NCBI GenBank assembly: GCA_965113315.1
Contig: OZ220363.1
Origin: Podarcis vaucheri
Lineage: Eukaryota
Strand: one strand, 5' to 3'
Length of the DNA: 64,000 bases
In this document: piece by piece, positions 50,101 through 62,540 of the stretch
How the letters are laid out: each line of letters begins with the position of its first letter
How positions within the stretch are numbered: position 1 is the stretch's first letter
Notes under the pieces: model-generated
The model's input: only the letters and a program-made list of their open reading frames with translations
Told to the model about the DNA's origin: nothing
The model's database searches: none
Translations under genes and position numbers: made by a program

Positions 50101-53100
50101 GAAGTAATAGATTCAGAACCTTTTATAGGAACTTGTTTCTTTTGTGATATTTGACTGGGCAACCAGGAGAGCCCCTAAGCATAAGGCAAAAATCTTTAGA
50201 GTGCCCCAAAACATACATAAATTGGAACTGGCCACTTTGATCCAGGAAAACAGGGGTGAAGCAGAAGGCTGTGCCCAACCCACAGCTGCCTGTAGAGCAT
50301 GCCCTCATCCTCTAGCCTGAAGTTAAGATATGATCCTCAGCAATTTCCTAGGATTATGTGCACCACAAGTGTTACATGCCTTCTCCTTCCCTAACAACAT
50401 CTGTTTACATATCTTCTCTTCTGGAAATGCAATCAGAAACTCATTTCCACAGCAGGGTTGCCCTAGTGAAGGAGATTCGAAAACTAAACCTTCAACACCA
50501 ACTGCACAGCTCTAAAGGCTCTTTGCCAGTCTTTTAAATCTATGGAATACATCGGCCAGAGTATGCAAAGTTTTAAAAGGAAAAGAGAAGAGAAAAGTGA
50601 CCCAATCTTTAAGTATTTTACACTTGCCAGGTATAGAGAAAGGTTTTTAAATTGCAGCAGGATGGAAACAGGTGAATACTATGCAATCAACAGATTGTCA
50701 GCAAAATTGATTCAGAACTTAAACTGTACTCTGTGCAATCAAGTGTGACTAATACCACATTGTTTTATCTATAAAGAGACAGAATTTTTGTATGCACAAG
50801 GAAACTTATCATTAGGCACAGATGTAGTAAACTATCATTTAGTTTCCAGTAACCTTCATTTTTGTATTTGTCTAACAATCTGTAATATTCAATTTTTTAA
50901 AACGTTAACTAAAAATACAAGTGTCTGTAAACTAAAACGTGCCTTGTTGACAAACATGACAATACAGCTAGGTGCCTCTCTGAAAGAGGCATGCTGGAAA
51001 ACATACAATGGTCTCTGAAAAATTGTTTACCTGTGATGGTGGAGAAGTAGAAAAAGAGGTGGTGCAGGCTTCTTGAGAATCTTCCACTGATGGGTATGCA
51101 TTTTCCTCACCAGCTGTTCTGTAACAGAAGGAGATAAACTTCAAAATGGGAATGTTCAATAAAACGCAAGATTTAAAGTACATACAGAGACAGACATTGT
51201 AGACAGACCCAGAACATCTGAGTGGAGTTGAAAGGAGAATTATGAAGGAGCTCTAACTCTTTCCTTATCGGGGTTTAAATAAATGCTACTAGAGTGGATT
51301 AAGTCTGGATTTTATTTGTCCAGGAGAAGTATGAAACATTATTCACCTATCCGCCTTTTAGTTTTTGTTAGGAAGATTCTTCCTGATAAATGTTACCTAT
51401 GCTACCAGCTGTAGAACATAGCTGTCAACGTTTCCCCTTTTTAAAGGGAAATTCCCTTATTCCGAATAGGATCCCTCACAAGAAAAGGGAAATGTTGACA
51501 GCTATGCTGTAGAGATGTACAAAATGTAGCTTCAAAGCCAGTTTAAAGCACCTTATCATTGCTTTTGGTCTGACCGCAAAGGAAATGTTTATAAAATACA
51601 ACCTTTTACTAAAACAACTCTTTGATTTTGATGACCACTTGTTATGTATGCTTCAGTTGAGATTCCTGCACTGCAGAGGGTTGGACTAGAGGACCCTTCA
51701 AACTCTAAAATTCTATGATTCTTTGTCAAAGTATTATACATTGCAATGGGTTGGCTCTAGGATTCCCATAAGTGGAATTCCACTGGATAAGGAGGGGGTA
51801 GTTATTCATCAGTTCCTAGTTTCACTGCTCCTGAGGGTTGCAAAAAGTGAGGGAGATGGCATACCTCCGATCCCTCTTCCTCCAGCAGAAGCATCTGCTG
51901 GTAAACATTCCCTTTCACAAATTAAAGTAGACCCAGTATTTGAAAACTATATGAAATAAATGAACCACATATGCTTTTGAATGCTGACACTTGAGTGTAC
52001 AAACACTAAAATCAATGCTTGCAATGCACTGTGTTAGCTTTCTTCTGCAACTCATTTCACTTAGCAGTTAAGAGATTTCACTCTGCATAGTATTTTTTCT
52101 GATTATATACTAATGATGCAAATGAGAATTCATGTGAACCGCTGTCTACGTGAACTGGAGAGAGTCTGAAACTCTAAGAACCCTCTAGACCATATGCCAT
52201 TCACCCACTTCTTATAGAATAGAAAATGCAGGGTTTTCCATTTCATGTAAGAACTTTCTTTTCTCCACCCAGCAGTGCATGGTGTAGAGGCTCTGTATTT
52301 GGGAAGAACTGCCTTCACCTATGATCTGTGATTTGTATTTCCTCACCTGTAATTGCAGGGATGCATGGGTGAGGAGCTGGGGTAGGGACGTTCCACAAAG
52401 TGATCAATGATAATCCCCATGATAGGTGGGGTCCTCTCAAACTGCCTGCAATGCAACAAGCAAATGGTGTTATTCATAAGACTGTGTTCTCTTCTCTGCT
52501 GCAACCCCAATTCTGACAGCTAGACTGCTCTTCTGCATCAGTTAATGGGAAGCAGAGCATCCCCACAATTCAACCCTACAACTCCACACATGAACAAGGA
52601 AACTGGTGTTCAGGAGCATGACTCAGGGCTACCAAACAATATCACTCCACAAAATCTGAGAAGCCCAGGATTTTGGGCTTCAGAAGTGGAAAGTGTCCTG
52701 GAAAATGTGGCTTAGTTTGACTCTCATGCTCTCACCTGGTAGACATGAAAGCTAGGTTGATTCTGTAGGCACAGGACAAAGTGATGGTGCCTAATGGAGT
52801 ACCCACTGTCCCAACACGGACGGTCTGAAATCCTATGGAAATAGAAAAATTATCAAGAATAACAACAACAAAAAATAGTCAGCATTAAAGATAAAGATTG
52901 ATTTGCCATTTCTCTGTTGCTGAATGACATAACCTGTCATTCATGGCTTTCCTGCCATATCCCTTACTGAAGGCATACCTCTTCCTAATAAATCTCTCAG
53001 CACCTTTTTTTAAAAAAAGTTATTTTACTAATTGTGCTAGTCCATGTAGGGACTGATGCACTTGCTGTTAATAAACGTTATATTGCTATTATTGACCTCC

Positions 53101-56100
53101 AGTAAGGGAATATCCTAATTCCCCCTACATCCAAAATCCTTCATTTTATTCTTATATTCTCCCTGACTGTTATGTTACTGGTATATAGTAGTTGTTTTTT
53201 TTAAGTCTTCAGCTAGTTTGTTCATTGCCAAACCATACCTTCTCCCAAGCCACTCAGCTGAACTTCTCCGAAGTATATCCTATGAGAGAGAGAGAGTGCA
53301 TTAAACATAGTCTACTAGGTAGTATAAAGTCAGGTGCACTAAGTGTTTATCATTGAGCTGTGTCTTCTGATTTACAAAGTACTTTACAAGATTAAGATTC
53401 TTTACCCATACAATATTTATCTGAGTATTATTGCCTTTTACTCATGAGTAACTGGGACTGAAAGACAGCAGTTTGCCCAATGCTATCATCCAGTAAATTC
53501 ATGGCTGAGCTGGAAATCTGAACCCACAGCTGATATGCTATTCACTGGTCAGCAGATGAACCAGAAATATCATTGTAAGACCCAATTCAGGCTTGCCTTT
53601 TCTATTTAAAAAGGATCCCCCCTCACCCGCCAAATCTTTAGCAGTCCGAAAACTTTCTACCAGACATGTTCTAAGACAAAGATGGGAGAAAAAAGTTATG
53701 TTTTAACTAAGGATCCTTTTAAAGGAAACAACTGAGGAAGCAAGCTGGCTTTTAAAGGGAAAGATATTCTAAGAATATGGAGAAGCTAAAGAAAAATAAT
53801 GAAGCGTTGATCAAGAATTGCAAAATACCATAGGAAAAAATGAGTGGGAAAAGTGCATAAGAGCCAATCGTTCTATTGTTTCTATTTCAATATTTATTAC
53901 CTGTACAATATTACATATTCATGACCTTGTTTCCTAGAGAGTCTGTAGGCAGGAGTCACCCTTGTTATAGCAAGTAAAGACTTCAGTAATAGAGACAGTC
54001 TGTTGTACACAGTGTAAGAAACTTTGATTTCTTTATCACACCTAAAAAGCACACAGAAAGAGTTAGTCCGACATTCTCAATGAAGTGACACAAAGTACAC
54101 TAATACAAGCTAGAGACAGTGACATTTGGGGTCTACACTAGATTTAGCCATGTAAAATAGAAGCAATTGAGATTACAACCTGCCCTTAGAAACACAATCT
54201 ATTCATATACCTTATGCAATTTGTTCCCAAAAAATATTTATCGAATTGCAAAAAAGTATTTGCAGAAGTTACAAATAATCTTGTACTAGAATTAATTACT
54301 GTAAGTTTTTGAGCATTTTTTAGCTTATTTTATTATATAGCTTGTAGATACCTATATAATTATCTTGCATAATTCTTATTTGTAATCAATTAGAAATCCT
54401 TGTACTTCAGCACAAGATACACATGACTTTAAATACTGAGCAGGTATGTTCTGTGAAAAAGACACTTGAATTTCTCAGCTAACAGATACCAAGAGTTCTC
54501 TCTTACTTGAATGATAAATGTGATAAAATCTTAAGTCCCTTTGCAATTTTTCTAGTCTAGGAGACAAGTAAAAGCTACGAAGCAGCAGATGGTTGTGGCT
54601 AATTATGTTTGCCTAATGCAGAATTTAAAAAAAATCAGAACTAAACTGCTGACTCACTGTAGATAATTTAACTCCAGTGTCTTCTACAACACTGTTAAAT
54701 CAAAACAGGCCATTTATATCATGGGTCAATAGGAGGATTTATTTTAGAGCTTTCTGCCATCTAATAATAACTGCCCTTTTAGATACAGGGTGGATTGATT
54801 TAAATCAGTCATTTAAAATCACCAACAACCAAAACAACCAGCAGAAAATAACCTAATTTAACTCAACTTTCCTATTTTGTAATTCATGCATTTCCTAAAC
54901 CTGAGTGCACACGACGAAGTGGTTGCTATTACCATTTAACCATATTGGCTTGCAACTATAGTCACTGAAGATAATCCAAACCCCACATGGTTTTAGCTCT
55001 ACCCTGTTATATCTGCTTCTAGGCAAGTGGGGAAACTGTGAACATGACTAAGAACATAAAAAGAGTCCTGCTGGATCAGACCAAATAACTATTTAGTTGA
55101 GTATTCTGTTTCCCACAGTGGCCAACCAAATGCATATGGGAAGCCCACAAACAGAACATGAGTGCAACAGCCCTCTCCCATTGTTGTTTCCCAGCAACTA
55201 GTATTCAGATGAAGTCCTGTGCCCTTATGCACTCAGTCAGCCAAGAAGTATCTGCTTATTGGACAAGTATCAGCAACACACACTTACTTTTCATTCATTT
55301 CCAAACACCAAATTTCCAACTCCATGGAATCCCCCTGCAGTGGAAAAAGGAATGTTTAAATAACATCTTTGTGAGATGCTCAATGAATGGGAAAAACCTG
55401 CAAAATAAGTTTATCATCATATGAATAATCATTTTAGATCTTACTGTGGTCCCTTTGGAAGTTGAATGGAGACACAAAATTCAAAATACTACATGTAATA
55501 ATGAATTTGTAGCTATGGTTTGCTCCTTCTGATTCATAAGATTAAAGATTTGCATATATAAACAGGAGCACCCTTTCCCCCTTGTGAGATGCACTCAGCT
55601 TCCTTTTGACTTCAAATGACAAATATACCATATTTTTCGCTCTATAAGATGCACCAGACCACAAGACGCACCTAGTTTTTGGAGGAGGAAAACAAGAAAA
55701 AAAATATTCTGAATCTGCGCAGTGAAAGCAGCAATCCCTCTTGCTGTTCTGGCTTCTGTGATAGCTGCGCAGCCTGCATTTGCTCCATAAGATGCACACA
55801 CATTTCCCCTTACTTTTTAGGAGGGAAAAAGTGAGTCCTATAGAGCAAAAAATACGGTACCTACAAATGGCCTCAACAGTTTGGCCCCATCCCACATGCT
55901 TCTGGTGGGCTGTTGGTTTGTTGAAAGCAGCTTGTTTGCTTGTTTAAAGCTCACCCCTATACGTGGTAACCATCATACAGTTCATTTTTTATTTTTCTAA
56001 TGATGATTATTTTAAAAACAGATACTGTATTTAGGCTGAAAAACTATTTTGGATAGTTAGGGTGCCTCTACACAACCCTCTATAAAGAATGTGACAACAA

Positions 56101-57998
56101 CATAGTAACTGCAGTTTATGACCTAGGGTGGCTCTTTTTTATGTATAGTCTCTCCTTAACAGTGTCAGTAGTGTTGTGTTAAAAAATGCTTGCAATAGAT
56201 ATCATTTGCATAGTATGAAGACATTGCTGACATGAGCCTTAAACCATGAAGATGGCAAAAGTGTAGTTTTGCTTAGGCTTTACCTCAGAGGTTTTGAGAG
56301 AGATTTCCACACACATTGACCGTCCAACAGCAGGCAGCTGTCCTGCCAAGGCTTTTTTTGCTTCATGGGTAACTTCTGGGATATCTTTGATTGCCAAGTT
56401 GAACTGCAAAATTAAGAGAGTTGATTTTACTTTTGAGGAACTTATTTGAGAAATCTACCATGTGTCACACAACAGGAATGTATGCATTGGAACTTACAAC
56501 TTATTGTATTTACTCAAATGTAATGCACACCTTTTTTTGCCAAATTTCATCACAAAAATTAGTGTGTGCAGTAGATTTGATGGCGCATTTACATTCGCAA
56601 GGAAATACTTTTTTGGTTTCCAGGTTTTGAAATTTGAGGTACACATTAGATTCATGTAAAGACGACAACAGGACAAAATATTCTCTGCTGTCACACACTG
56701 ATGATTACTAATAACAGTCTTGCTTTACTTTACTTTTTTTTTGTAAAGCAGATAATACCATCACAAAAATTTCCCAGCTCCTTCCTTGTTCTCTCTATTT
56801 ACAGTTCCTCTCTTGAGAGCTTTTATCAGAGCCACAGATGAAAAGCAATTAAGAGAAATCCACCCAGAATCAGCTGAGGTAGAAACTGTTCAGACATATA
56901 TATTATTTGTATACCCAGTACCACAAGATGCCCAAATAGTAGTTTTATGTGGTTAAAAAGAAAAGGAATACTGTTTAAACATTTTTGCATGGTTCTATGC
57001 TTGCAGTTCTGCTTCAGTCTTTTGTTTCCTGTATCTTAACATGGCACAAGTATGGGAATAATGGGATTCCTATGAGGAATATAGTTTACCCAGTCAGAGC
57101 CTGTTGGCGAGGATGATGATCGAGTACAGATTTTTTCACCAAGTCGGGCCTGGACAATCACTTGTACAGTCTGAAAGAGAAAATATGAGATTTGTGAGAA
57201 GTCAAGATTTGTTACTAAACAGGAGAGAGATGAGATGAAACACAGAAACAAAAGTAACTGCTTTCACTACTTCAGTGTTTTTGTTGGTCTTCCATTATTT
57301 TATCGTTCCCCTCTTGCTGTTGAGATCATTCACCTCTCTTGTTAGTAAAACCATACATTTCTCCTTTAATCTGTACACACGCTTTCCCAGCTTGCTCTGC
57401 AACATCTATACTAATCTCAGTTAATCAGCACAGGACAATCAATGGGTGCTATAGGATGCTGTCTATAAGCAAGACTTTGATATCTAGATACCTCCCTTCC
57501 CTAACCTGGCATCTTTCATATGTTTAGACTCAAGCTCCCAGCAACCCTGGCCACTGTGTGGCTTCCTGCTTTGTCTACCTGGAATGCCAATTCCAAACTC
57601 CCTTTCCTTGACTCTTAAGCATGTGTGATTCAGTCCCAAGGTCTGCAGATGGGTCACCTGACAGTCAAATAGGAGCTTGTCATATTCAAAAGCTTGATGA
57701 CTATGGGGCTTTGTTTTGTTTTGATACTATAATCTATATTTTTTGAAATCCAAATGAAGTCAGAGATCAGCAAAAAATGTTGTTTTAAAAGGTTTTGACA
57801 TTGCATCAATCAACATTATGGCTCGGCAGCATGGGGCACTGTAATAAGTACAGGGAGTTTTGGTTTGTCACAGTGCAACAGGAATGTGGATTATTTTTTT
57901 TACTTCTATTCCAAAAAACAATAAATTACCTTCAGGGCAAAAAATTTGATGAACTTGTCCAGGTCCTTCCTGTCCTGGGAGCTGAGATCAGTGTCCAT
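41109..57998 (-). CDS. ATG13: Autophagy-related protein 13, 550 aa with all exons; complement join(57930..57998,57090..57170,56284..56403,55288..55334,53901..54041,53239..53279,52736..52832,52347..52445,51031..51118,49358..49456,47227..47337,46556..46695,44054..44171,43659..43736,43363..43479,42459..42587,41109..41186)
   Basis: 17 GT-AG exons sum to 1653 nt in one frame. N-terminal HORMA domain ([36 protein letters not shown]...), LIR motif DDFVMV and C-terminal [10 protein letters not shown] are near-identical to human ATG13. Confidence 0.97.
41256..41378. mobile_element. Fold-back hAT-type MITE in the last ATG13 intron
   Basis: Same family as 35838; 8-bp TSD ATACACAG / AGACACAG. Confidence 0.72.
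42459..42587 (-). CDS. ATG13: ATG13 coding exon 16
   Basis: [43 protein letters not shown]. Confidence 0.96.
43363..43479 (-). CDS. ATG13: ATG13 coding exon 15 (LIR motif)
   Basis: [39 protein letters not shown]. Confidence 0.96.
43659..43736 (-). CDS. ATG13: ATG13 coding exon 14
   Basis: [26 protein letters not shown]. Confidence 0.95.
44054..44171 (-). CDS. ATG13: ATG13 coding exon 13
   Basis: [39 protein letters not shown]. Confidence 0.96.
45157..45518 (-). mobile_element. Sauria (Squam1/POM-type) SINE, full length
   Basis: About 10 substitutions versus the 25578 copy; 10-bp TSD TAAACATAAA at 45147-45156 and 45519-45528. Confidence 0.9.
46556..46695 (-). CDS. ATG13: ATG13 coding exon 12
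   Basis: [46 protein letters not shown]. Confidence 0.95.
47227..47337 (-). CDS. ATG13: ATG13 exon, 111 nt (alternatively skipped in human)
   Basis: [37 protein letters not shown]; phase 0-0. Confidence 0.94.
48373..48706 (+). mobile_element. Tc1/mariner-type MITE, longer variant
   Basis: Same TIR family, TA TSD, internal TAAGCCGC repeats. Confidence 0.88.
49358..49456 (-). CDS. ATG13: ATG13 alternative (cassette) exon, 99 nt
   Basis: [33 protein letters not shown]; phase 0-0, long polypyrimidine tract, CAA|GTGAGT donor; resembles the 33-aa insert of the long human isoform. Confidence 0.85.
51031..51118 (-). CDS. ATG13: ATG13 coding exon 9
   Basis: [29 protein letters not shown]. Confidence 0.95.
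51417..51506. mobile_element. 90-bp hAT-type MITE
   Basis: TIRs CATAGCTGTCAAC.TTTCCC / GGGAAATGTTGACAGCTATG; 8-bp TSD CTGTAGAA / CTGTAGAG. Confidence 0.8.
52347..52445 (-). CDS. ATG13: ATG13 coding exon 8
   Basis: [32 protein letters not shown]. Confidence 0.96.
52736..52832 (-). CDS. ATG13: ATG13 coding exon 7
   Basis: [31 protein letters not shown]. Confidence 0.96.
53239..53279 (-). CDS. ATG13: ATG13 coding exon 6
   Basis: [13 protein letters not shown]. Confidence 0.95.
53901..54041 (-). CDS. ATG13: ATG13 coding exon 5
   Basis: [46 protein letters not shown]. Confidence 0.96.
55288..55334 (-). CDS. ATG13: ATG13 coding exon 4
   Basis: [15 protein letters not shown]. Confidence 0.96.
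55628..55857 (+). mobile_element. Tigger/pogo-like MITE, same family as 17699, with internal deletion
   Basis: TA TSD, matching TIRs and body. Confidence 0.85.
56284..56403 (-). CDS. ATG13: ATG13 coding exon 3
   Basis: [40 protein letters not shown]. Confidence 0.96.
56504..56665. mobile_element. Old Tigger/pogo-like MITE
   Basis: Degenerate TIRs TGTATTTACTCAAATGTAATGCACACC / GGTACACATTAGATTCATGTAAAGACG. Confidence 0.55.
57090..57170 (-). CDS. ATG13: ATG13 coding exon 2
   Basis: [27 protein letters not shown]. Confidence 0.96.
57930..57998 (-). CDS. ATG13: ATG13 coding exon 1 (exon starts 58011)
   Basis: [23 protein letters not shown]. Confidence 0.96.
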
Positions 57999-60900
57999 TT
58001 CATATGGAAATCTAGAATAGAACAGGCATAAATATTCCAATTTGTTACTAACAGGAGAGAGAGCTTACTATATTATTTAAACTAATCAAAGTTAATGAAC
58101 TTCAGGAAACTACAGTAATCTTAAAGAGACATAAAACTAATCTTAACCTTGCTGAGATAAATTTGTGTGATTTACATTAATACACTACTAGCTACGAAGA
58201 GAATATGCACCAGTGAAAAGTTTATGTGCATTTTCAGAATCAGCTCAGTTGTTATGGGAACTGGAGCAGGAAAAGATCACATTTCATTTAAGCTGCTGAA
58301 CTTGCTAGAACTAAGTGCCAAATGAGTTTGGTCATTATATGCATTTAAAGAAACTCTAGCATATTTGTACAAAGCAACAAGAGTCTACACATGGAAGTCA
58401 TTCTTTCACATAAAAATTGACCTATGTAGGCAGCATAGCAATATTGGCAGGTGACTGAGCCCCTGATGGCAGTATAGCTGATGATATTTTTATTAAGTCA
58501 TCCAATTGTGTTGCTGGAGTGGAGATGTGGGCAGAGCTGGCATTTGTCATGTCACAGCCCTACTGTAGCTATGTGCTAAATAAAAATAACAAGTCATACT
58601 TATGAGCAGGTGCTAGTCTGTCAAAGTTCATGCCATAATAAATGTCCTCAAGATACCACCAGACACTCCCCACCATCCCATAATGCTTCACAGGAACATT
58701 CCTTGCAACAATATAATGTTAAAATGCAATGGACTCAGCACTGGGCAAAAGTGCAGAGTATACCTGAACAATACTGTCTCTTTCACTAAACAGGTGTGAT
58801 ATTTGATAAACTATTTCATTTCTTGATAAATGAACAATGATACCTACCTAGTTATCATGAAACTGTGACAGATAAAATGCAATGTAGAACAAAAAGGGCT
58901 AACAGATTTTACCTAAGCTGTGGTTAGGAAAATTTGCATGTTTGCTTGTTGAAAATAAAGTTATATATATCAGAATTTGACCAATATATGGATCATGAGC
59001 TGGATACAGACTAAGTCGTGCTTGAGAAGACCCACTAAAATCAATGGAACACAAATTGACTAACTTGTCCCGTGAATTTGAGGGGATCATGCTAAACATC
59101 ACACACTATTTTCCTCAGTGATCTACCAATGTTACTGAACACAGCTGGAGCCTGAATGTCAGAATATTTATTTTTAGCCCAGAGGATAACCAACATTATC
59201 TAAAAGGTGAGATTTTTGTACCTATGAGCCAGTCAGGTCAGGGAACTATTGGGTTCTATGCTTCAGAAAGCCATATTTTTTTGCAACTGACACCCCCATC
59301 ACCACATGAAAACCAATACACATAAACTGTAACACTTATCAAAAATTTCATTTTTGAAGTTTTGAAGAAAAACTTCCATTATATAATGGAAATCTAACAC
59401 AAATTCACATATGTGACACACCTTCTTTGTGATGGTCCATTGTATATTTCAGACATGCTTGCGCTTTACTGCATGGTGGTAATTTCCACAGGACCAATCC
59501 TACTCTAAACCCTTGTTGCTTTTAGTGCCTCTTTCCTGAGTAACTATAATACACAGCATATCTAAAGCAAAATATTTCTATTTCTGTTGTTGTTGTTATT
59601 TATATAACACTTTTCAGGTGATTCTCACGAAGTGGTTTACAAAAAAAAATTAAATTAATAAGTGATAATTAAAACTGTGTAATAAAGCAGCCAAAAACAA
59701 ATTACAATGACTCCCCCCCCCCCCAAAAGCTAGATATCGACTTCTCTCAGGTCAAAACTGTTTTTTAATAACACTGTGGTGGCAGGTTTCTTTTTACAGG
59801 GTAAGGAAACAGCTTTCTTTGCTCTCTATTCTGGCAGACACATTTAAAACAAAGGGTGTTAAGAAATGAGTAACCTCAACCCATATAGTATTTCAATGAG
59901 AAGACAGGATGGACAATTATACTGTTTAAGTCTCTCAGTGCAGTGATTCTAGAACCTTCACAAGGTACTAGAATATCAGAGATACTTCATGATTCTCAGG
60001 TTACAGATCATTCGCTTTGGGATGAACTGTAGCTCAGTAGTAAGGCATTAACTTTGGAGACAGAAAGTTCCAGGTTTAATCACCAGTTAAAAGTACTTCG
60101 GTAACAGGAAGATGTGAAAAACTTTGGATCAACAACTTTGAAAGCTACTGCCATTCAAAATATCCAATACTGGGCTAGATGCACTCAGTATAAGACAGTT
60201 TTCTATTTCACAAGGCTTTCCAATTAACAGCAGCATTGCTTTCTCTAGTGCAAACTCCTTAAAAGCAGGAAAACATTTTAAAAGATCCCAATAAAAAAAT
60301 TCAAATAAAAGCCAAACACTTCTGGGTGACACACAAAGCATTTATGAACCTGCTCCTCCTTTGCCTGTTTACCATGTTTTGAGAGTAGGGAGCAGTTGTC
60401 TTGGCAACATTTGCATCACAATCTCCTAAGAGGAACAAGAAACACTAGATAGAGCTCCAACTTAGGGGTTGAGTCTTTCAGGAGAAATAATTATCCTTGA
60501 ATTCAAGTCCAGGCAGATCTAATGTATGCCACATCACCATTAGTCTTTCTTGGACCCAGAGAACTGAGTGTAATGTTAAAGTTAAGAAATTTTAGCCTGC
60601 TCAGTACCTGGAAAGGAGAGTTTGTGGGAATCCACTGTAAGTTACTGATTTCCTGAATTAAAAAACAACAGCTACATGTAATAATAATTATAAATTATTT
60701 AACAACATTAGAAGAAAACTGACTATATAATATTTTGGGCCAGTAAGAATATGTTGCAGTATGGAGTGCTTCTGTATAGTGCTCCAGTAAGCCAAGCCTT
60801 CCTTCCTTACACTCCTGGCGTCACCCACCTCAGTCAATGTACTCAGCCTTCAATAGGCTGTTTTGACTCCCCTGCCTCAACCTAAAGATTTTTAGTACTT

Positions 60901-62195
60901 TTGCAAGCTGGGATACCCAGAAGCCTGCTGATATCTCTCTCTTGTGCATGCATGGTAATGTTTTGATTACATAAACACTGGCCCTTGGATAATTGAATTT
61001 GCTCTTAGTACAGATTCTATGATAGAAAGCATATGTCTATAAACTTGACAAGCCGGATCTCATTTTGTTCTGGAATGAAAATTAATTCTGTTACATCATG
61101 AACATATATTTCTAAATTTGGAGAAAATACTAAATATGATGTCCTAAAGACCTATGGTTCCCTTATCCCCATTTATTCTGTTTCCTAAAATAGTGAGACA
61201 GCTTACAAGAATTCCCCATTTTGTACCTCCTGAGGGCTGCTTCCAGCGTGTCTAGTATAATATGTGTACCTACAACACTGCCCACTATGTGCAAGAACCA
61301 TTTAATTCTGTTTGATTTGTGTGCTCTCTACAGATGTCATCAAAAGCCACGGCTGGCTCTGGGGTCCCTCAGTGAATGCAGCATACATGAAAATCAACTA
61401 GAGCAGACATAAAATTCTAACACTTTACAAGGAACCCTATTGGCAGATATAGCACACAGAGGCATATGCCTTAATTCCTGTAAATATGAAGCAGCCCAAT
61501 TTTAGGTTTTGTGGTAGATTTTCTTCTTGATAGGAACCAAACTATGATTATCAACTTTTTTATTCTTGTTGTTACAACAAACTGGAAGGCAGCAAACATT
61601 GATTAGTCCCTAAGTTAATATAAATTCTAGGGGAAAAGAAATGAAGAAATGTAATTTTAAGGCAAATAAAAACATGTTTCTAAAATGCCTTTTCGCTTTT
61701 ATTGAAATACAAAAAAGCCAGTGATTCTAACTAAACTATTATTTGTTTATGTGAATGGCCTAGTTTTTCCATTACGCAATAGGTATATTAAAGATCCAGA
61801 GCCACATTCCAATGCAGAGTTAGGCACACCAAGACTGAAATACTAAACATATTAACTAGAGAGAAAGTCCCACTCCTCGTAGCAGAATTGCACTGTTTTG
61901 GTTAAGATTTCAGTGAACTTAAGCATACTTGAATTTGTGTTGAATTGTGGCCCAAGAGTTTGAAAATCCTCACATTATTTCAGTCACATTTTTGCCTGAA
62001 AGATTTAGAAATATCTCTAGATCAAAAGTCCATGAGGTCAGATCACATGATGAAGACAAAGTATGCAGCATAAAGACTGGCAGCTTGATCCTCAAAGGAA
62101 CACATGATGTAGAACTAGTTAGTGAAAATAGGTCCTGTGTTGCTGGAATCCTTTGAAGACTGTTGCTTTAAAGCAGCTTAATCAGTTATCATATA

Positions 62196-62540
62196 GGGAC
62201 GCGGGTGGCGCTGTGGGTAAAAGCCTCAGCGCCTAGGGCTTGCCGATCGAAAGGTCGGCGGTTCGAATCCCCGCGGCGGGGTGCGCTCCCGTTGCTCGGT
62301 CCCAGCGCCTGCCAACCTAGCAGTTCGAAAGCACCCCCGGGTGCAAGTAGATAAATAGGTACCGCTTACCAGCGGGAAGGTAAACGGCGTTCCGTGTGCT
62401 GCGCTCGCCAGATGCAGCTTTGTCACGTGACCCGGAAGAGTCTCCGGACAGCGCTGGCCCCCGGCCTATAGATGTGAGATGGGCGCACAAACCCCAGAGT
62501 CTGTCAAGACTGGCCCGTTCGGGCAGGGGTACCTTTACCT
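62196..62540 (+). mobile_element. Sauria (Squam1/POM-type) SINE, full length, different internal variant
   Basis: A box TGGCGCTGTGG at 62206-62216, B box GGTTCGAATCC at 62260-62270, ACCTTT tail, 14-bp TSD TTAATCAGTTATCA at 62178-62191 and 62541-62554. Confidence 0.9.
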
